Source: Rickettsiales bacterium (GTDB lineage: Bacteria > Pseudomonadota > Alphaproteobacteria > Rickettsiales > UBA1997). From it: 49,217 bases of DNA. Where the stretch lies: positions 1-49,217 of the forward strand of contig JANRKR010000006.1 of NCBI GenBank assembly GCA_033763375.1, given 5' to 3'. Positions 17,949-27,702 of this stretch are shown here, piece by piece. Each line of letters begins with the position of its first letter. The first letter of the stretch is position 1. Below the pieces are notes generated by a model. The model saw only the letters and a program-made list of their open reading frames with translations. It was not told where the DNA came from and ran no database searches. Both the position numbers and the translations under genes were made by a program.

Positions 17949-18705
17949 ATCAAAAAAATTGGCAGAAAAATTTTTAAATGACGGCAAAAGTTTGCTTCAC
18001 AAAGTTTGCTTGGTTTTCACTAAGCTAGTTGAAAAAATCATTGCAATAATTGATAAAATTGATCCGGCAGAAAATACCAAACAAAGAGTTATTAGTGCTT
18101 TGGTTCTTTTGCCAGTTGCTATTTACGCTATTTGCTTTTCACAAAATTTATTTTTTTTACTAACTATTATCGTTACAATTTTGATGACTGCAGAATGGCT
18201 GAATTTAATCAAAAACTCTCAAGATCAAAAAAAATGGAGCTTGATTGGTTTGGCTTACATCGCTATTCCAATGTATTGTTTAATCAAACTCAGAATGCAT
18301 GATGTTAATATTTTATTGTGGATGTTTTCGATAATTTGGGTAACAGATATTTTTGCTTTTTTTTCAGGAAAAACCTTTGCTGGCGCTAAATTGGCGCCAA
18401 ATATAAGTCCTAACAAAACTTGGACTGGTCTTGCTGGCGGTGTTTTTGCCAGTGTTATTATTGGTTTTTTAAGCGCTTTTATGTTTCGCGGTGGCATTTT
18501 TTTCTTCGTTTTTTTTAGCGCTTTTTTATCAATTGTCGAACAAGCCAGCGATTTGCTTGAATCAAAGTTTAAAAGAATTTTCGGCGTTAAAGATTCTGGC
18601 GATTTAATTCCAGGTCATGGCGGAATTCTTGATCGTCTTGATGGCGTAATGTTGGTTGCGCCAGCGGTTTTGTTTTTGGTTACAGTTTTCTCGGATAAAT
18701 TCTAA
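17935..18705 (+). CDS. cdsA: phosphatidate cytidylyltransferase
   Basis: 256 aa and polytopic. The C-terminal signature is [27 protein letters not shown]. The start is uncertain (~45-aa N-terminal extension). Confidence 0.8.
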   Translation: MAKDKSKKLAEKFLNDGKSLLHKVCLVFTKLVEKIIAIIDKIDPAENTKQRVISALVLLPVAIYAICFSQNLFFLLTIIVTILMTAEWLNLIKNSQDQKKWSLIGLAYIAIPMYCLIKLRMHDVNILLWMFSIIWVTDIFAFFSGKTFAGAKLAPNISPNKTWTGLAGGVFASVIIGFLSAFMFRGGIFFFVFFSAFLSIVEQASDLLESKFKRIFGVKDSGDLIPGHGGILDRLDGVMLVAPAVLFLVTVFSDKF

Positions 18706-18707
18706 AA

Positions 18708-19502
18708 ATGATTAGCGCGCAAAATAATTCTGATTTTTTTACAATTGCTGGGCGCAAATTTAAATCGCGTCTTTTAGTTGGAACTGGCAAGTATAAAGAT
18801 TTCTCTGAAACTGCCGCAGCAATTGAAGCCAGTGGCGCTGAAATCGTTACCGTTGCGCTTCGCCGCGTCAACATCGAGAAAAAAGGCGAGACGATGTTGC
18901 AAGATTTTATTGATCCAAAAAAATTCACTTACCTGCCAAACACCGCAGGCTGTTTTACCGCTGAAGACGCCATTCGTACCTTGCGTTTGGCGCGCGCAGC
19001 TGGAGGTTGGAATTTAGTAAAGCTCGAAGTTCTAGCTGATGAAAAAACGCTTTATCCCAAAGTTACAGAAACTATCAAAGCCGCAGAATTGCTGATCAAA
19101 GATGGTTTTGAAGTTATGGTTTATACTTCTGATGATCCCATCGTTGCCAAAGAATTAGAAGAAGTGGGCTGCTGCGCCATCATGCCACTAGCGGCGCCAA
19201 TTGGTTCTGGTCTTGGCATTCAAAACCGCCTCAATATTGAATTAATTGTTGAACAATCAAAAGTTCCCGTTTTAGTTGACGCTGGGGTTGGAACTGCATC
19301 TGACGCCGCAATCGCCATGGAACTTGGTTGCGACGGCGTTCTAATGAACACCGCAATTGCTAAAGCCAAAAACCCAGTTTTAATGGCACACGCCATGAAA
19401 CTGGCAATTCAAGCAGGTCGCGCTGCTTATTTGGCGGGCAGAATGGAAATAAAAAAATTCGGCGCGGCGTCAAGCCCGCTTGATGGTAGAATTAATAAAT
19501 AA
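18708..19502 (+). CDS. thiG: thiazole synthase
   Basis: 264 aa with [18 protein letters not shown] and [12 protein letters not shown] motifs. Confidence 0.9.
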   Translation: MISAQNNSDFFTIAGRKFKSRLLVGTGKYKDFSETAAAIEASGAEIVTVALRRVNIEKKGETMLQDFIDPKKFTYLPNTAGCFTAEDAIRTLRLARAAGGWNLVKLEVLADEKTLYPKVTETIKAAELLIKDGFEVMVYTSDDPIVAKELEEVGCCAIMPLAAPIGSGLGIQNRLNIELIVEQSKVPVLVDAGVGTASDAAIAMELGCDGVLMNTAIAKAKNPVLMAHAMKLAIQAGRAAYLAGRMEIKKFGAASSPLDGRINK

Positions 19503-19511
19503 AAATCTTTC

Positions 19512-21098
19512 ATGAAACAAAACGCTGTTTACCAAAATCTTATCGAAAAATCTGCGCAAGATATTTTAGAAATAATTAATAAAGCAATTGAAGGTCAGAC
19601 TTGGAATATTGAAGAAATTTTAGCAACGCTTCAAAATCATGAAGAACAAACCAAAGATTTAATTATGATCAAAGTTGCAGAATTGCAGTTAAAAGATATT
19701 GAAGAGCTGACTGGCGGACAATTTGATAATCTGACTAAAAATATTGATGAACAAAAAGTTGAAAATGTAAATTTTTTTTCAGAGATGTTGTATGAGAAAT
19801 ATGACAAAAATATATTGCAATTTCTTGAGCTTAATAATTCTCGAAATGAAGAAGGACAAGATTCGTTTCTACTTGGAGTTATAAAAAACCAAGCAGAAAT
19901 TATCAAAGCGCAAAAGGAGTTTGAATCACAAAAAGCTGAATCGCAAAATACTCCTGACACTAAAGAAGTTCTACCAATTAGAACTGATAATCCAATGACT
20001 AATTATGATATTGATAGCGTTTATGGTGGTAGTACTCTTACAGATACAACAGGTAAAACAGATAATGAAGATGGTAATTCATATGCTTCTAATATAACGA
20101 TAAGAACGATGCAAGATCCCAAAACGAAACCTAATATTTCGCCTAAGCTAAAGAAAGTTATCAGTAAAATTTCTAAATCGATTGTTAAACTTAATCAAAA
20201 ACCTAATGTAATATTAAATTTAAAAACAAAAAGATCTATAGATAAAGCTTTAATTACGCTAACTCAAAAAGAGAAGATGGATATTTTGGATTATAGTATT
20301 TGGAATGAAGTTGCTTATAAAGATCTCATACCTACTAAAGAAAACCTTACTTATATTTGGAGTGGAATTACTTACGCTCAGCAAGAACTGATGAGACAAA
20401 TAACTTCTGAGATGAGTGAAGAAGAGAAGCTTGAGTTTCTTAAGCAGAAAATTTCATCAATGACTCCAGAAAATTTTGATTCTTTTCATGAAGGTTCTGA
20501 TGTGATTATAAAGGCCTTTGAAAATTCAGATGTGATTATAGAGGTCTCCGAAAATTCAGAATTTGGTTTTGATCCAGCAAGTGTTGAATTTTACAGACTT
20601 GCAATGAAAGTAGCGCTAACAGAGCTTAATTCAAGAAAGTCATCAACAAATATGGCTTTAGAAAGAAGGCCAAGAGATCCAATATATGATACAGTATCTG
20701 GATATTATTATGGAGGTGAGCCTGTCAGCGCAATCCTAAGTAGATCAATGCGAGCTTCCAAGCAAAGTGGTGCAAAAAAATCTTCTTTAGAAGATAAGGC
20801 TTCAGAGCTTCTTACATTGCTTAATGATCGAGAAAACAAAGAAGAAGAAGTGAAAGAATTTTTAAAAGAATTGGCAAATGAAAAGGATGATTTTTTTGGT
20901 TATATTTTTTCTAGTGACAAATTTTCTCAAGAAAATATACAATTATTGCTAGAAATTAATGAGGAAATTAATGATTTTGGTGAAGAAATTGAAGATTATT
21001 TGGATTATTTGGACGAATCAGAAAAACCATCTCCCAGCGTAGAAAAACCCTCGGTTTTAGAGCAAATTAAAAAAGAAGAAAAAAGTGAAAAACGCTAA
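19512..21098 (+). CDS. hypothetical acidic protein, no recognisable domain
   Basis: 528-aa uninterrupted ORF starting 10 nt after thiG. It has no signal peptide or TM segment, is Glu/Asp/Lys-rich, and carries an internal 30-bp repeat. Confidence 0.6.
   Translation: MKQNAVYQNLIEKSAQDILEIINKAIEGQTWNIEEILATLQNHEEQTKDLIMIKVAELQLKDIEELTGGQFDNLTKNIDEQKVENVNFFSEMLYEKYDKNILQFLELNNSRNEEGQDSFLLGVIKNQAEIIKAQKEFESQKAESQNTPDTKEVLPIRTDNPMTNYDIDSVYGGSTLTDTTGKTDNEDGNSYASNITIRTMQDPKTKPNISPKLKKVISKISKSIVKLNQKPNVILNLKTKRSIDKALITLTQKEKMDILDYSIWNEVAYKDLIPTKENLTYIWSGITYAQQELMRQITSEMSEEEKLEFLKQKISSMTPENFDSFHEGSDVIIKAFENSDVIIEVSENSEFGFDPASVEFYRLAMKVALTELNSRKSSTNMALERRPRDPIYDTVSGYYYGGEPVSAILSRSMRASKQSGAKKSSLEDKASELLTLLNDRENKEEEVKEFLKELANEKDDFFGYIFSSDKFSQENIQLLLEINEEINDFGEEIEDYLDYLDESEKPSPSVEKPSVLEQIKKEEKSEKR
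20496..20555 (+). repeat. 30-bp in-frame tandem repeat x2 (SDVIIKAFEN / SDVIIEVSEN)
   Basis: The two units match at 25/30 positions when compared directly. A third unit begins (tcaga) and then diverges. Confidence 0.7.
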
Positions 21099-21158
21099 TT
21101 ATAAACCAAAGGATTATTTCAATTTTAATTCAAAATTAGGAAAGTTACTAAAAAATTC

Positions 21159-22601
21159 ATGACTCATAATTTTCATTCTTCAATCCTTCGCGCTTATGAT
21201 ATTCGCGGCATTTATGGTCAAACCTTAAATGATATTGATGCTTTTTTTGTTGGTAAATCTTTCGCCTCTTTTTTGCATAAAAATGGTAAAAATAAAATTT
21301 CAGTTGCTTGCGACGGGCGTTTGAGTTCCCCAGCTTTGAAAGAACAATTAATCAAAGGTTTATTAGAGTCAGGCTTGGAAGTTACTGATATTGGTCTTGG
21401 ACCAACTCCGATGTTATATTTTTCAGTTTTTGAATTGCAGCAAGATGCCGGAATTATGGTTACTGGTTCGCATAATCCTAAAGATCATAATGGTTTTAAA
21501 ATGATGCTCAAAGAACGTCCTTTTTACGGTGATGATATTTTGAATTTGGCAAAAATTACTCAAAATAATGATTTTGTTAATATTGACGGCAGTTTAAAAA
21601 ACGCTGATGTTAAAGAAGAATATATTAATCGTATTTTAAATGATTGTATTTTGGCAGAAAGCGAAAGTCCGTTGCTCGATGAAATCGACCAATTTAAACC
21701 TAAAAAAGAATTACGAATTGCTTGGGATAACGGCAATGGCGCCGCTGGTGATATTATGATGCGTTTAACTGAGCGTATTGCTTCTGAACATATTTTACTT
21801 TTCAGCGAGATTGACGGAACTTTTCCCAATCATCATCCCGATCCAACAGTTCCTAAAAATCTTGAGGCTTTAAAAAAAGTTGTAATTGAACAGCAATGTG
21901 ACATTGGCATTGCCTTTGACGGCGACGGTGATCGCATTGGTGTAATGGATAATAAAGGTGAAATTTTGTGGGGCGATCAATTAATGGTTTTTTATGCGCG
22001 CGAAATTTTACAAAATCGTCGCGGCGCCACAATAATCGCCGATGTCAAAGCTAGCGACATTTTATTTAAAGAAATTTCTAAGGCTGGTGGCAAACCTTTA
22101 ATGTGGAAAACTGGTCATTCTTTAGTTAAAGCCAAAATGAAAGAAACCAAAGCGCCGCTTGCTGGCGAAATGTCGGGTCACATTTTTTTTGCTGATAAAT
22201 ATTATGGTTTTGATGATGCGCTTTATGCCGCAATTCGAATTATCAATATCGTTGCCGCCGCCAAAGAACCATTATCAATAATGCGTAAATCAATGCCGCA
22301 AACTTTTTCAACTCCTGAAATTAGAATTGATTGCGCCGAAGAACGAAAATTTAAAATTGTTGAAGAATTAAAAAATAACCTGCAAAAAAATAACATTGCT
22401 TTCAACGATGTTGATGGAATTCGTGTTACTCAAAAAACAGCGCAAGGAAGCGGTTGGTGGCTGATTCGTGCTTCCAATACGCAATCAGTTTTGGTTGCGC
22501 GCGCTGAAAGCACTTCTAAAAAAGATTTAACAGAACTTAAAAATAATCTAAAAAAATATTTAGAATTTTGTCAGGTAAAAATTCCTCTCGAACTACAATA
22601 A
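21159..22601 (+). CDS. phosphomannomutase/phosphoglucomutase (alpha-D-phosphohexomutase family)
   Basis: 480 aa with the active-site loop TGSHNPKDHNGFK, the metal loop FDGDGDR and GEMSGH. Confidence 0.85.
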   Translation: MTHNFHSSILRAYDIRGIYGQTLNDIDAFFVGKSFASFLHKNGKNKISVACDGRLSSPALKEQLIKGLLESGLEVTDIGLGPTPMLYFSVFELQQDAGIMVTGSHNPKDHNGFKMMLKERPFYGDDILNLAKITQNNDFVNIDGSLKNADVKEEYINRILNDCILAESESPLLDEIDQFKPKKELRIAWDNGNGAAGDIMMRLTERIASEHILLFSEIDGTFPNHHPDPTVPKNLEALKKVVIEQQCDIGIAFDGDGDRIGVMDNKGEILWGDQLMVFYAREILQNRRGATIIADVKASDILFKEISKAGGKPLMWKTGHSLVKAKMKETKAPLAGEMSGHIFFADKYYGFDDALYAAIRIINIVAAAKEPLSIMRKSMPQTFSTPEIRIDCAEERKFKIVEELKNNLQKNNIAFNDVDGIRVTQKTAQGSGWWLIRASNTQSVLVARAESTSKKDLTELKNNLKKYLEFCQVKIPLELQ

Positions 22602-23230
22602 TTGGCTTAACTGGCGGAATTGCTTCCGGAAAAAATTTCGTTGCTGAAATTTTTGCAAAAAACGGCGCTGCTGTTTTTGATGCTGATCAAGAAGTTCATA
22701 ATTTGTTGGCAAACAACTCTTATGTAATTTCACAAGTTAGAAAAAATTTTCCTAATTGTTTTGTCGATCAAAAAATTAATCGTCAAATTTTAGCTAAAAT
22801 TGTTTTTGCCAATCAAAAAAAATTACGAATTTTAGAAAAAATTTTGCATCCGCAAGTACGAAAAAGTTACCAAGAATTTTTAAAAAAACTTGCCGCAAAA
22901 AAAGTTAAAATTGCTATTTTGAATATTCCATTATTGCTTGAAAGCAAAGCTTATAAATGCGATAAAATCGTTGCGATTATTGCGCCTAAGTCAGTTCAAA
23001 AAAAACGCTTTTTAGCGCGCGCCCAGAAAAATAAGCAGAGAAATAAACAAAAAAATAAAGCAAAAAATTCGGCAATTGAAAAAGAAAATTTAATTAAAAA
23101 ATTTGAGCAAATTCATCAAAAACAAATCAGCAATATTGAAAGAAAACTTCACGCCGACTTTATCATTAACAGCGCTATTTCCAAAGTTGATACAATCAAA
23201 CAAGTGCAAAAAATTCTATACCAAATCTAA
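22568..23230 (+). CDS. coaE: dephospho-CoA kinase
   Basis: P-loop IIGLTGGIASGK near the N-terminus. The tracked start is TTG 22568, overlapping the upstream gene; I saw no in-frame ATG between it and the P-loop, so the start is uncertain. It has a Lys/Asn/Gln-rich insertion (KNKQRNKQKNKAKN). Confidence 0.8.
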   Translation: MSGKNSSRTTIIGLTGGIASGKNFVAEIFAKNGAAVFDADQEVHNLLANNSYVISQVRKNFPNCFVDQKINRQILAKIVFANQKKLRILEKILHPQVRKSYQEFLKKLAAKKVKIAILNIPLLLESKAYKCDKIVAIIAPKSVQKKRFLARAQKNKQRNKQKNKAKNSAIEKENLIKKFEQIHQKQISNIERKLHADFIINSAISKVDTIKQVQKILYQI

Positions 23231-23248
23231 ATTCTTTAGATTTGGTAT
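23218..23248 (+). terminator. hairpin overlapping the coaE stop, with a T-rich trail
   Basis: ataccaaatctaaa-ttc-tttagatttggtat forms a perfect 14-bp stem. It is followed by tgatttatttttt. Confidence 0.5.
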
Positions 23249-23261
23249 TGATTTATTTTTT

Positions 23262-23292
23262 CGTGACACGGGTCACGCCCCGCATTGCGGGG
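23262..23292. repeat. two adjacent GC-rich mini-hairpins (cgtgac-acgg-gtcacg; ccccgc-att-gcgggg)
   Basis: Read directly. They sit between two copies of the ataccaaatc/gatttggtat inverted repeat in the coaE/ccmH convergent spacer. Confidence 0.6.
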
Positions 23293-23346
23293 AACCCCAA
23301 TATACCAAATCAAGTAATATCAATAGATTTTAGATTTGGTATAAAA

Positions 23347-23805
23347 TTACTTTGAATTAGTTTTTAAAAAAAACAGCGGCAAAAGCGTCAAAGCCAGAAT
23401 TGCCGGCAAAAGCCAAAGCAAAAAATTATTTTTTTCAAAGCTGGAATAAACTAAAATATCGCTGCCAAATTCTTCAATTAATTGTTTTTTGATTGCGTCG
23501 TCACTTTCGCCTTGAGAAATTTTTTGGCGAATAAATTTGCGCATTTGAAAAGCAAATTCTGTGTTGGAATTTTCAATAACTTGACCTTGACAAACCAAGC
23601 AGCGAACTTGCAAAAATAAATTCATAGCGCGGCTTTCTTGTTTGGCGTCGGCTAAATGATTTTCTGGCGCTAAAGCCAAAGAATTGCTTGTGAAAAAATA
23701 AAAAATTGTCATCACAAAAAGAATGTTGCAAAAACAAATTTGTGATAGTTTTTTAAAGTTTTGAAAAGTGGAATTTTTTTTAAAAAGTCTCATCAATTGT
23801 GCCAT
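23347..23805 (-). CDS. ccmH: cytochrome c-type biogenesis protein CcmH/CycL
   Basis: 152 aa with an N-terminal anchor, the LRCLVCQGQVIENSN motif (CXXC) and a C-terminal TM segment. The start is uncertain. Confidence 0.75.
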   Translation of the reverse strand: MAQLMRLFKKNSTFQNFKKLSQICFCNILFVMTIFYFFTSNSLALAPENHLADAKQESRAMNLFLQVRCLVCQGQVIENSNTEFAFQMRKFIRQKISQGESDDAIKKQLIEEFGSDILVYSSFEKNNFLLWLLPAILALTLLPLFFLKTNSK

Positions 23806-24592
23806 CGCCAGTTTTTTTAAAGTCGCCTGTCATAATTACCGCAGAACCATCGCCATTCCATTCAATGATTAAATCGCCACCTTTAAATTGTGTAGTGATT
23901 TTATTTTTTGCGACCAATTTATTTTTAATTGCTAAAACGCCAACAGCGCAAGCGCCGCTGCCACAAGCCAAAGTTTCGCCGCTGCCGCGCTCCCAGACGC
24001 GCACATTAATTTTGTCTTCAGAAATAATTTGAGCAAATTCAACATTGGTTTTTTGCGGAAAAATTTTGTCGTTTTCAACTTTTGGACCAACATTAAAAAA
24101 TATTTCGTCGTTAAGTGGTCGATCGATAAAAGTTACGGCGTGAGGATTGCCAATATTTGCGCAGGTAAAATCAAAACCATGAAGTGAAATTTTATCGCTT
24201 GCAGTTTGGTGCGAAAGTGGAATTTTTTTCCAGTCAAAAGTTGGAATTCCCATATCAACTGAAATTAAATTATCGCTTTTCCAGCATTTTAAAATGCCCG
24301 CAGCAGTTTTGATTTTAACTTCGCGATGTTTAGTTTCGTTCATTAAAATTGAAGCCACGCAGCGAGTGGCGTTACCGCAGGCGGAAGCTTTCGATCCGTC
24401 AGAATTAAAAATTTCCATCAAACAATTTGCCGCTGTTGAACTTTTGAGAATAATCAGTTGATCGCAACCGATTATTTTACGATCACAGATTTTTTTAATT
24501 TGCTCATTGGTTAAAATTATTGGTTTTTTGCGCGCATCAAAAATGACAAAATCATTGCCAGCACCTGACATTTTTAAATAAGGAATTTTCAT
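23780..24592 (-). CDS. dapF: diaminopimelate epimerase
   Basis: 270 aa starting KMSGAGNDFVIFD, with the two catalytic-Cys regions ACGNATRC and ETLACGSGACA. Confidence 0.9.
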   Translation of the reverse strand: MKIPYLKMSGAGNDFVIFDARKKPIILTNEQIKKICDRKIIGCDQLIILKSSTAANCLMEIFNSDGSKASACGNATRCVASILMNETKHREVKIKTAAGILKCWKSDNLISVDMGIPTFDWKKIPLSHQTASDKISLHGFDFTCANIGNPHAVTFIDRPLNDEIFFNVGPKVENDKIFPQKTNVEFAQIISEDKINVRVWERGSGETLACGSGACAVGVLAIKNKLVAKNKITTQFKGGDLIIEWNGDGSAVIMTGDFKKTGDGTIDETF

Positions 24593-24609
24593 TTTGGTGA
24601 ATTATAAAC

Positions 24610-25188
24610 TTAAAAATTATTACCTTTGGCGCGACTTACATAAGTGAAATCTTCGGTTCTGACGATAACTTCTTCGCCAGATTCAACAAAGGGTGGCACC
24701 ATAATACGAACGCCATTTTCAAGAATCGCTGGCTTATAAGATGAAGCGGCGGTTTGACCTTTCACAACCGCATCAGCTTGAGCAATTATACCGTGAACTT
24801 GTTCTGGTAAAAATACTGAAATTGGTTTGTCATTGCAATATTCAACGCGAATATCCATGCCTTCTTGCAAGAAAGGTAAAGCTTCGCCAACCAAGTCTTT
24901 GCTTAAATTAAAAGATTCAAAACTTTCCATATCCATGGCGACTAAATCATTTTGGTCGAAATATTGAAACTGATAATTTTTTTGTTCAACGTAAGCCACA
25001 TCAACATCTTCGCTAGAATTGTAGCGCGTGTTGGTTTTGTTGCCTGTGACAATATTTTTCATTTCTACTTGAATATATGCGCCGCCTTTTCCGGGTTTTA
25101 CATGTTCGCGTTTTAAAACTTTCCAAAGTTGATTTTGATATTCGATTACATTTCCAACACGAATGGAATTAGCGTTAGTTTTACTCAT
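24610..25188 (-). CDS. efp: translation elongation factor P
   Basis: 192 aa with ..HVKPGKGGAYIQVEMKN.. and a three-domain length. Confidence 0.92.
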   Translation of the reverse strand: MSKTNANSIRVGNVIEYQNQLWKVLKREHVKPGKGGAYIQVEMKNIVTGNKTNTRYNSSEDVDVAYVEQKNYQFQYFDQNDLVAMDMESFESFNLSKDLVGEALPFLQEGMDIRVEYCNDKPISVFLPEQVHGIIAQADAVVKGQTAASSYKPAILENGVRIMVPPFVESGEEVIVRTEDFTYVSRAKGNNF

Positions 25189-25211
25189 AAATTTATTTAG
25201 TTTTTAGTTGA

Positions 25212-25264
25212 ATGAGTTGCAAATTACTCGCCAGCCTTTGGCAGGCTGCGTCATTTGTACTCAT
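25212..25264. repeat. imperfect 53-bp palindrome in the pntB-efp spacer
   Basis: atgagt..caaat..gccagcc-ttt-ggcaggc..atttg..actcat. The pairing of these arm segments was checked by hand. No T-run follows on the transcribed (minus) strand. Confidence 0.35.
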
Positions 25265-25270
25265 AAATTT

Positions 25271-26659
25271 CTAGTTTAAATTTTTTACAATTTCTTCGGC
25301 AATTTTTTTAGCATCGCCAAAAATCATCAAAGTATTATCATTGAAGAAGAGCTCATTTTCAATGCCGGCATAACCAGCATTCATCGATCTTTTAACGAAG
25401 AAAACTGTTTTTGCCAAACCAACATCTAAAATTGGCATACCATAAATTGGGCTGGTTTTGTCAGTTTTGGCAGCTGGATTTGTAACGTCATTGGCGCCAA
25501 TAACAAAAACAACGTCGGTAGTTTTGAACTCGCTGTTAATTTCTTCTAATTCAAAAACTTTTTCATAATCGATATTAGCTTCAGCAAGCAAAACATTCAT
25601 GTGACCTGGCATTCTGCCAGCAACTGGATGAATGGCGAATTTTACGGTAATGCCAGCTTTTTCCAAAAGATGAGTTAATTCAGCAACGGCGTGTTGTGCG
25701 CCGGCAACCGCCATGCCATAACCCGGAACAATTATTACCGATGAGCAGCTTTTCATCATATAAGCGGCATCTTCAGCGCTGGCTTGTTTGATTGGTTTTT
25801 GTTCTTTGGTTGAATCTGCAACTGTATTTATTTGTTCGCCAAAGCTGCTGAAAATAACATTAAAAATTGAGCGATTCATCGCTTTACACATTATATAACT
25901 TAGAATGGCGCCAGAAGCACCAACTAAAGCGCCGGTGATAATTAAAAGTGGATTTGCCAAAGTAAAACCAATACCACTTGCCGCCCAACCTGAATAAGAA
26001 TTTAACATTGAAACTACAACTGGCATGTCAGCGCCGCCAACTGGCGCAATTAACATAAAGCCAATAAAAAAAGAAAGCAGAGTTAAAATAACAAAGAAAA
26101 ATTTTGAGCCAAATATTATGAATAGCAGTAAGATGAATATCAAAGAGTAAGCGCTGTATTTGGTAACTTTTTGTGTATCTTTAAAAAGAGTTAACTTTGA
26201 TTTCATCACGCCACTTAATTTTAAGAACGCGACAATTGAGCCAGTGAATGTGATTGCGCCAATAACAACTCCAAGCCCCATTTCAATTAAGCTAGAAAAT
26301 TTGATTTTATTGCCATCAATAATTTTAAAGGCTTGAGGAAGCCACAAAGCGCTGGCGGCGATCAAGACTGCAGCAAGTCCAACCAAAGAGTGAAAGCCGG
26401 CGATTAATTGTGGCATAGCGGTCATTTTAACTTTTTTAGTAATGAAGTAACCAATGCCAGCGCCAATTGTGATGGCAATTAGAATTAGAAAATGATGTTT
26501 GATTTGTGGTAAAAACAGAGTGGTTAAAATTGCCAAAGCCATTCCTGCCATGCCAAAGTAATTGCCAATGCGCGAGGTTTTTGGCGAAGAAAGTCCGTAG
26601 ATTGATAAAATAAAAAGTACCGCTGAAACTAGGTAAGAAAAGGCAACGAGAGAATTCAT
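25271..26659 (-). CDS. pntB: NAD(P) transhydrogenase subunit beta
   Basis: 462 aa. It has a polytopic N-terminal half and a C-terminal dIII domain with PGYGMAVAGAQH and VIGANDVTNPAA. Confidence 0.9.
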   Translation of the reverse strand: MNSLVAFSYLVSAVLFILSIYGLSSPKTSRIGNYFGMAGMALAILTTLFLPQIKHHFLILIAITIGAGIGYFITKKVKMTAMPQLIAGFHSLVGLAAVLIAASALWLPQAFKIIDGNKIKFSSLIEMGLGVVIGAITFTGSIVAFLKLSGVMKSKLTLFKDTQKVTKYSAYSLIFILLLFIIFGSKFFFVILTLLSFFIGFMLIAPVGGADMPVVVSMLNSYSGWAASGIGFTLANPLLIITGALVGASGAILSYIMCKAMNRSIFNVIFSSFGEQINTVADSTKEQKPIKQASAEDAAYMMKSCSSVIIVPGYGMAVAGAQHAVAELTHLLEKAGITVKFAIHPVAGRMPGHMNVLLAEANIDYEKVFELEEINSEFKTTDVVFVIGANDVTNPAAKTDKTSPIYGMPILDVGLAKTVFFVKRSMNAGYAGIENELFFNDNTLMIFGDAKKIAEEIVKNLN

Positions 26660-26677
26660 AATTTATATTAAGTTAAT

Positions 26678-27640
26678 TTAAACAACGCCACTGCGTAGAC
26701 AATCGTGTAAGTGCAGAATTCCAACCACATTTTTTTGTTCATTTAAAACAAAAAGACTAGTGATGGATTTTTTATTCATCACGGCAATTGCTTCAACCGC
26801 AAGTGTATTTGCGTCACTGACAATTGGATTTTTAGTCATAATTTCAGAGGCGCGATGATTTAAAAAATTATTGTCGAGATGACGACGTAAATCGCCATCG
26901 GTTATAATGCCAATTAACTTATTTTCTAGGTTAATAACTCCAGTGCAACCCAAATGTTTGGAAGTCATTTCTAAAAGAACTTCTGACATTTTTTTATCTT
27001 CTGAAACTAAAGGAATTTGATCGTCTTGGCGCATTAAATCTTTAACTTTTAGAAAGTTTGAACCCAGTTTTCCACCGGGATGAAAAATGCCAAATCTTTC
27101 CAAACTAAAACCATGAGCATCAATTAAACTAACCGCTAAAGCATCGCCCAAAGCTAACATCATGGTAGTTGAAGTGGTTGGAGCGTTAATAGAATTAGCT
27201 TCAGGAATTGCTGGTAAAACTAATGCCACATTACTGGCTTTGGTAAGTTCAGATTCAACGCGGCGAATAATGCCGATAATTGGAATTTCAAATCTTTTGC
27301 AATAATAAATTATATCTTTGAGTTCTTTAGTTTCGCCAGAATTGGAAAGTAAAATTACTACATCTTTTGGCGTGATCATGCCAAGATCGCCGTGGCTGGC
27401 TTCACCTGGATGAATAAAAAAAGCCGGCGTGCCGGTTGAAGCAAAAGTTGCAGCAATTTTATTAGCAATATGACCAGATTTTCCCATACCGCTGACAATG
27501 ACGCGACCATGACAATTTAAAATTAAATCAACTGCTTTGATGTAATTTTCATCGAAAAAATTTAATAAAGAATTCAAGCCGGTAATTTCGCTTTCAATAG
27601 TTTTAATTGCTGAATTAATATAGGATTTTTTATCTTGCAT
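26678..27640 (-). CDS. kdsD: arabinose-5-phosphate isomerase (KdsD/KpsF family; SIS + tandem CBS)
   Basis: 320 aa with GRVIVSGMGKSGHIA, SNSGET and C-terminal CBS pairs. Confidence 0.85.
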   Translation of the reverse strand: MQDKKSYINSAIKTIESEITGLNSLLNFFDENYIKAVDLILNCHGRVIVSGMGKSGHIANKIAATFASTGTPAFFIHPGEASHGDLGMITPKDVVILLSNSGETKELKDIIYYCKRFEIPIIGIIRRVESELTKASNVALVLPAIPEANSINAPTTSTTMMLALGDALAVSLIDAHGFSLERFGIFHPGGKLGSNFLKVKDLMRQDDQIPLVSEDKKMSEVLLEMTSKHLGCTGVINLENKLIGIITDGDLRRHLDNNFLNHRASEIMTKNPIVSDANTLAVEAIAVMNKKSITSLFVLNEQKNVVGILHLHDCLRSGVV

Positions 27641-27702
27641 ATTTTTTTTGAAGCTTGATTTTATTGGCTGCAGAAGCGACTAAACTTTTTATAATTTCAA
27701 CC

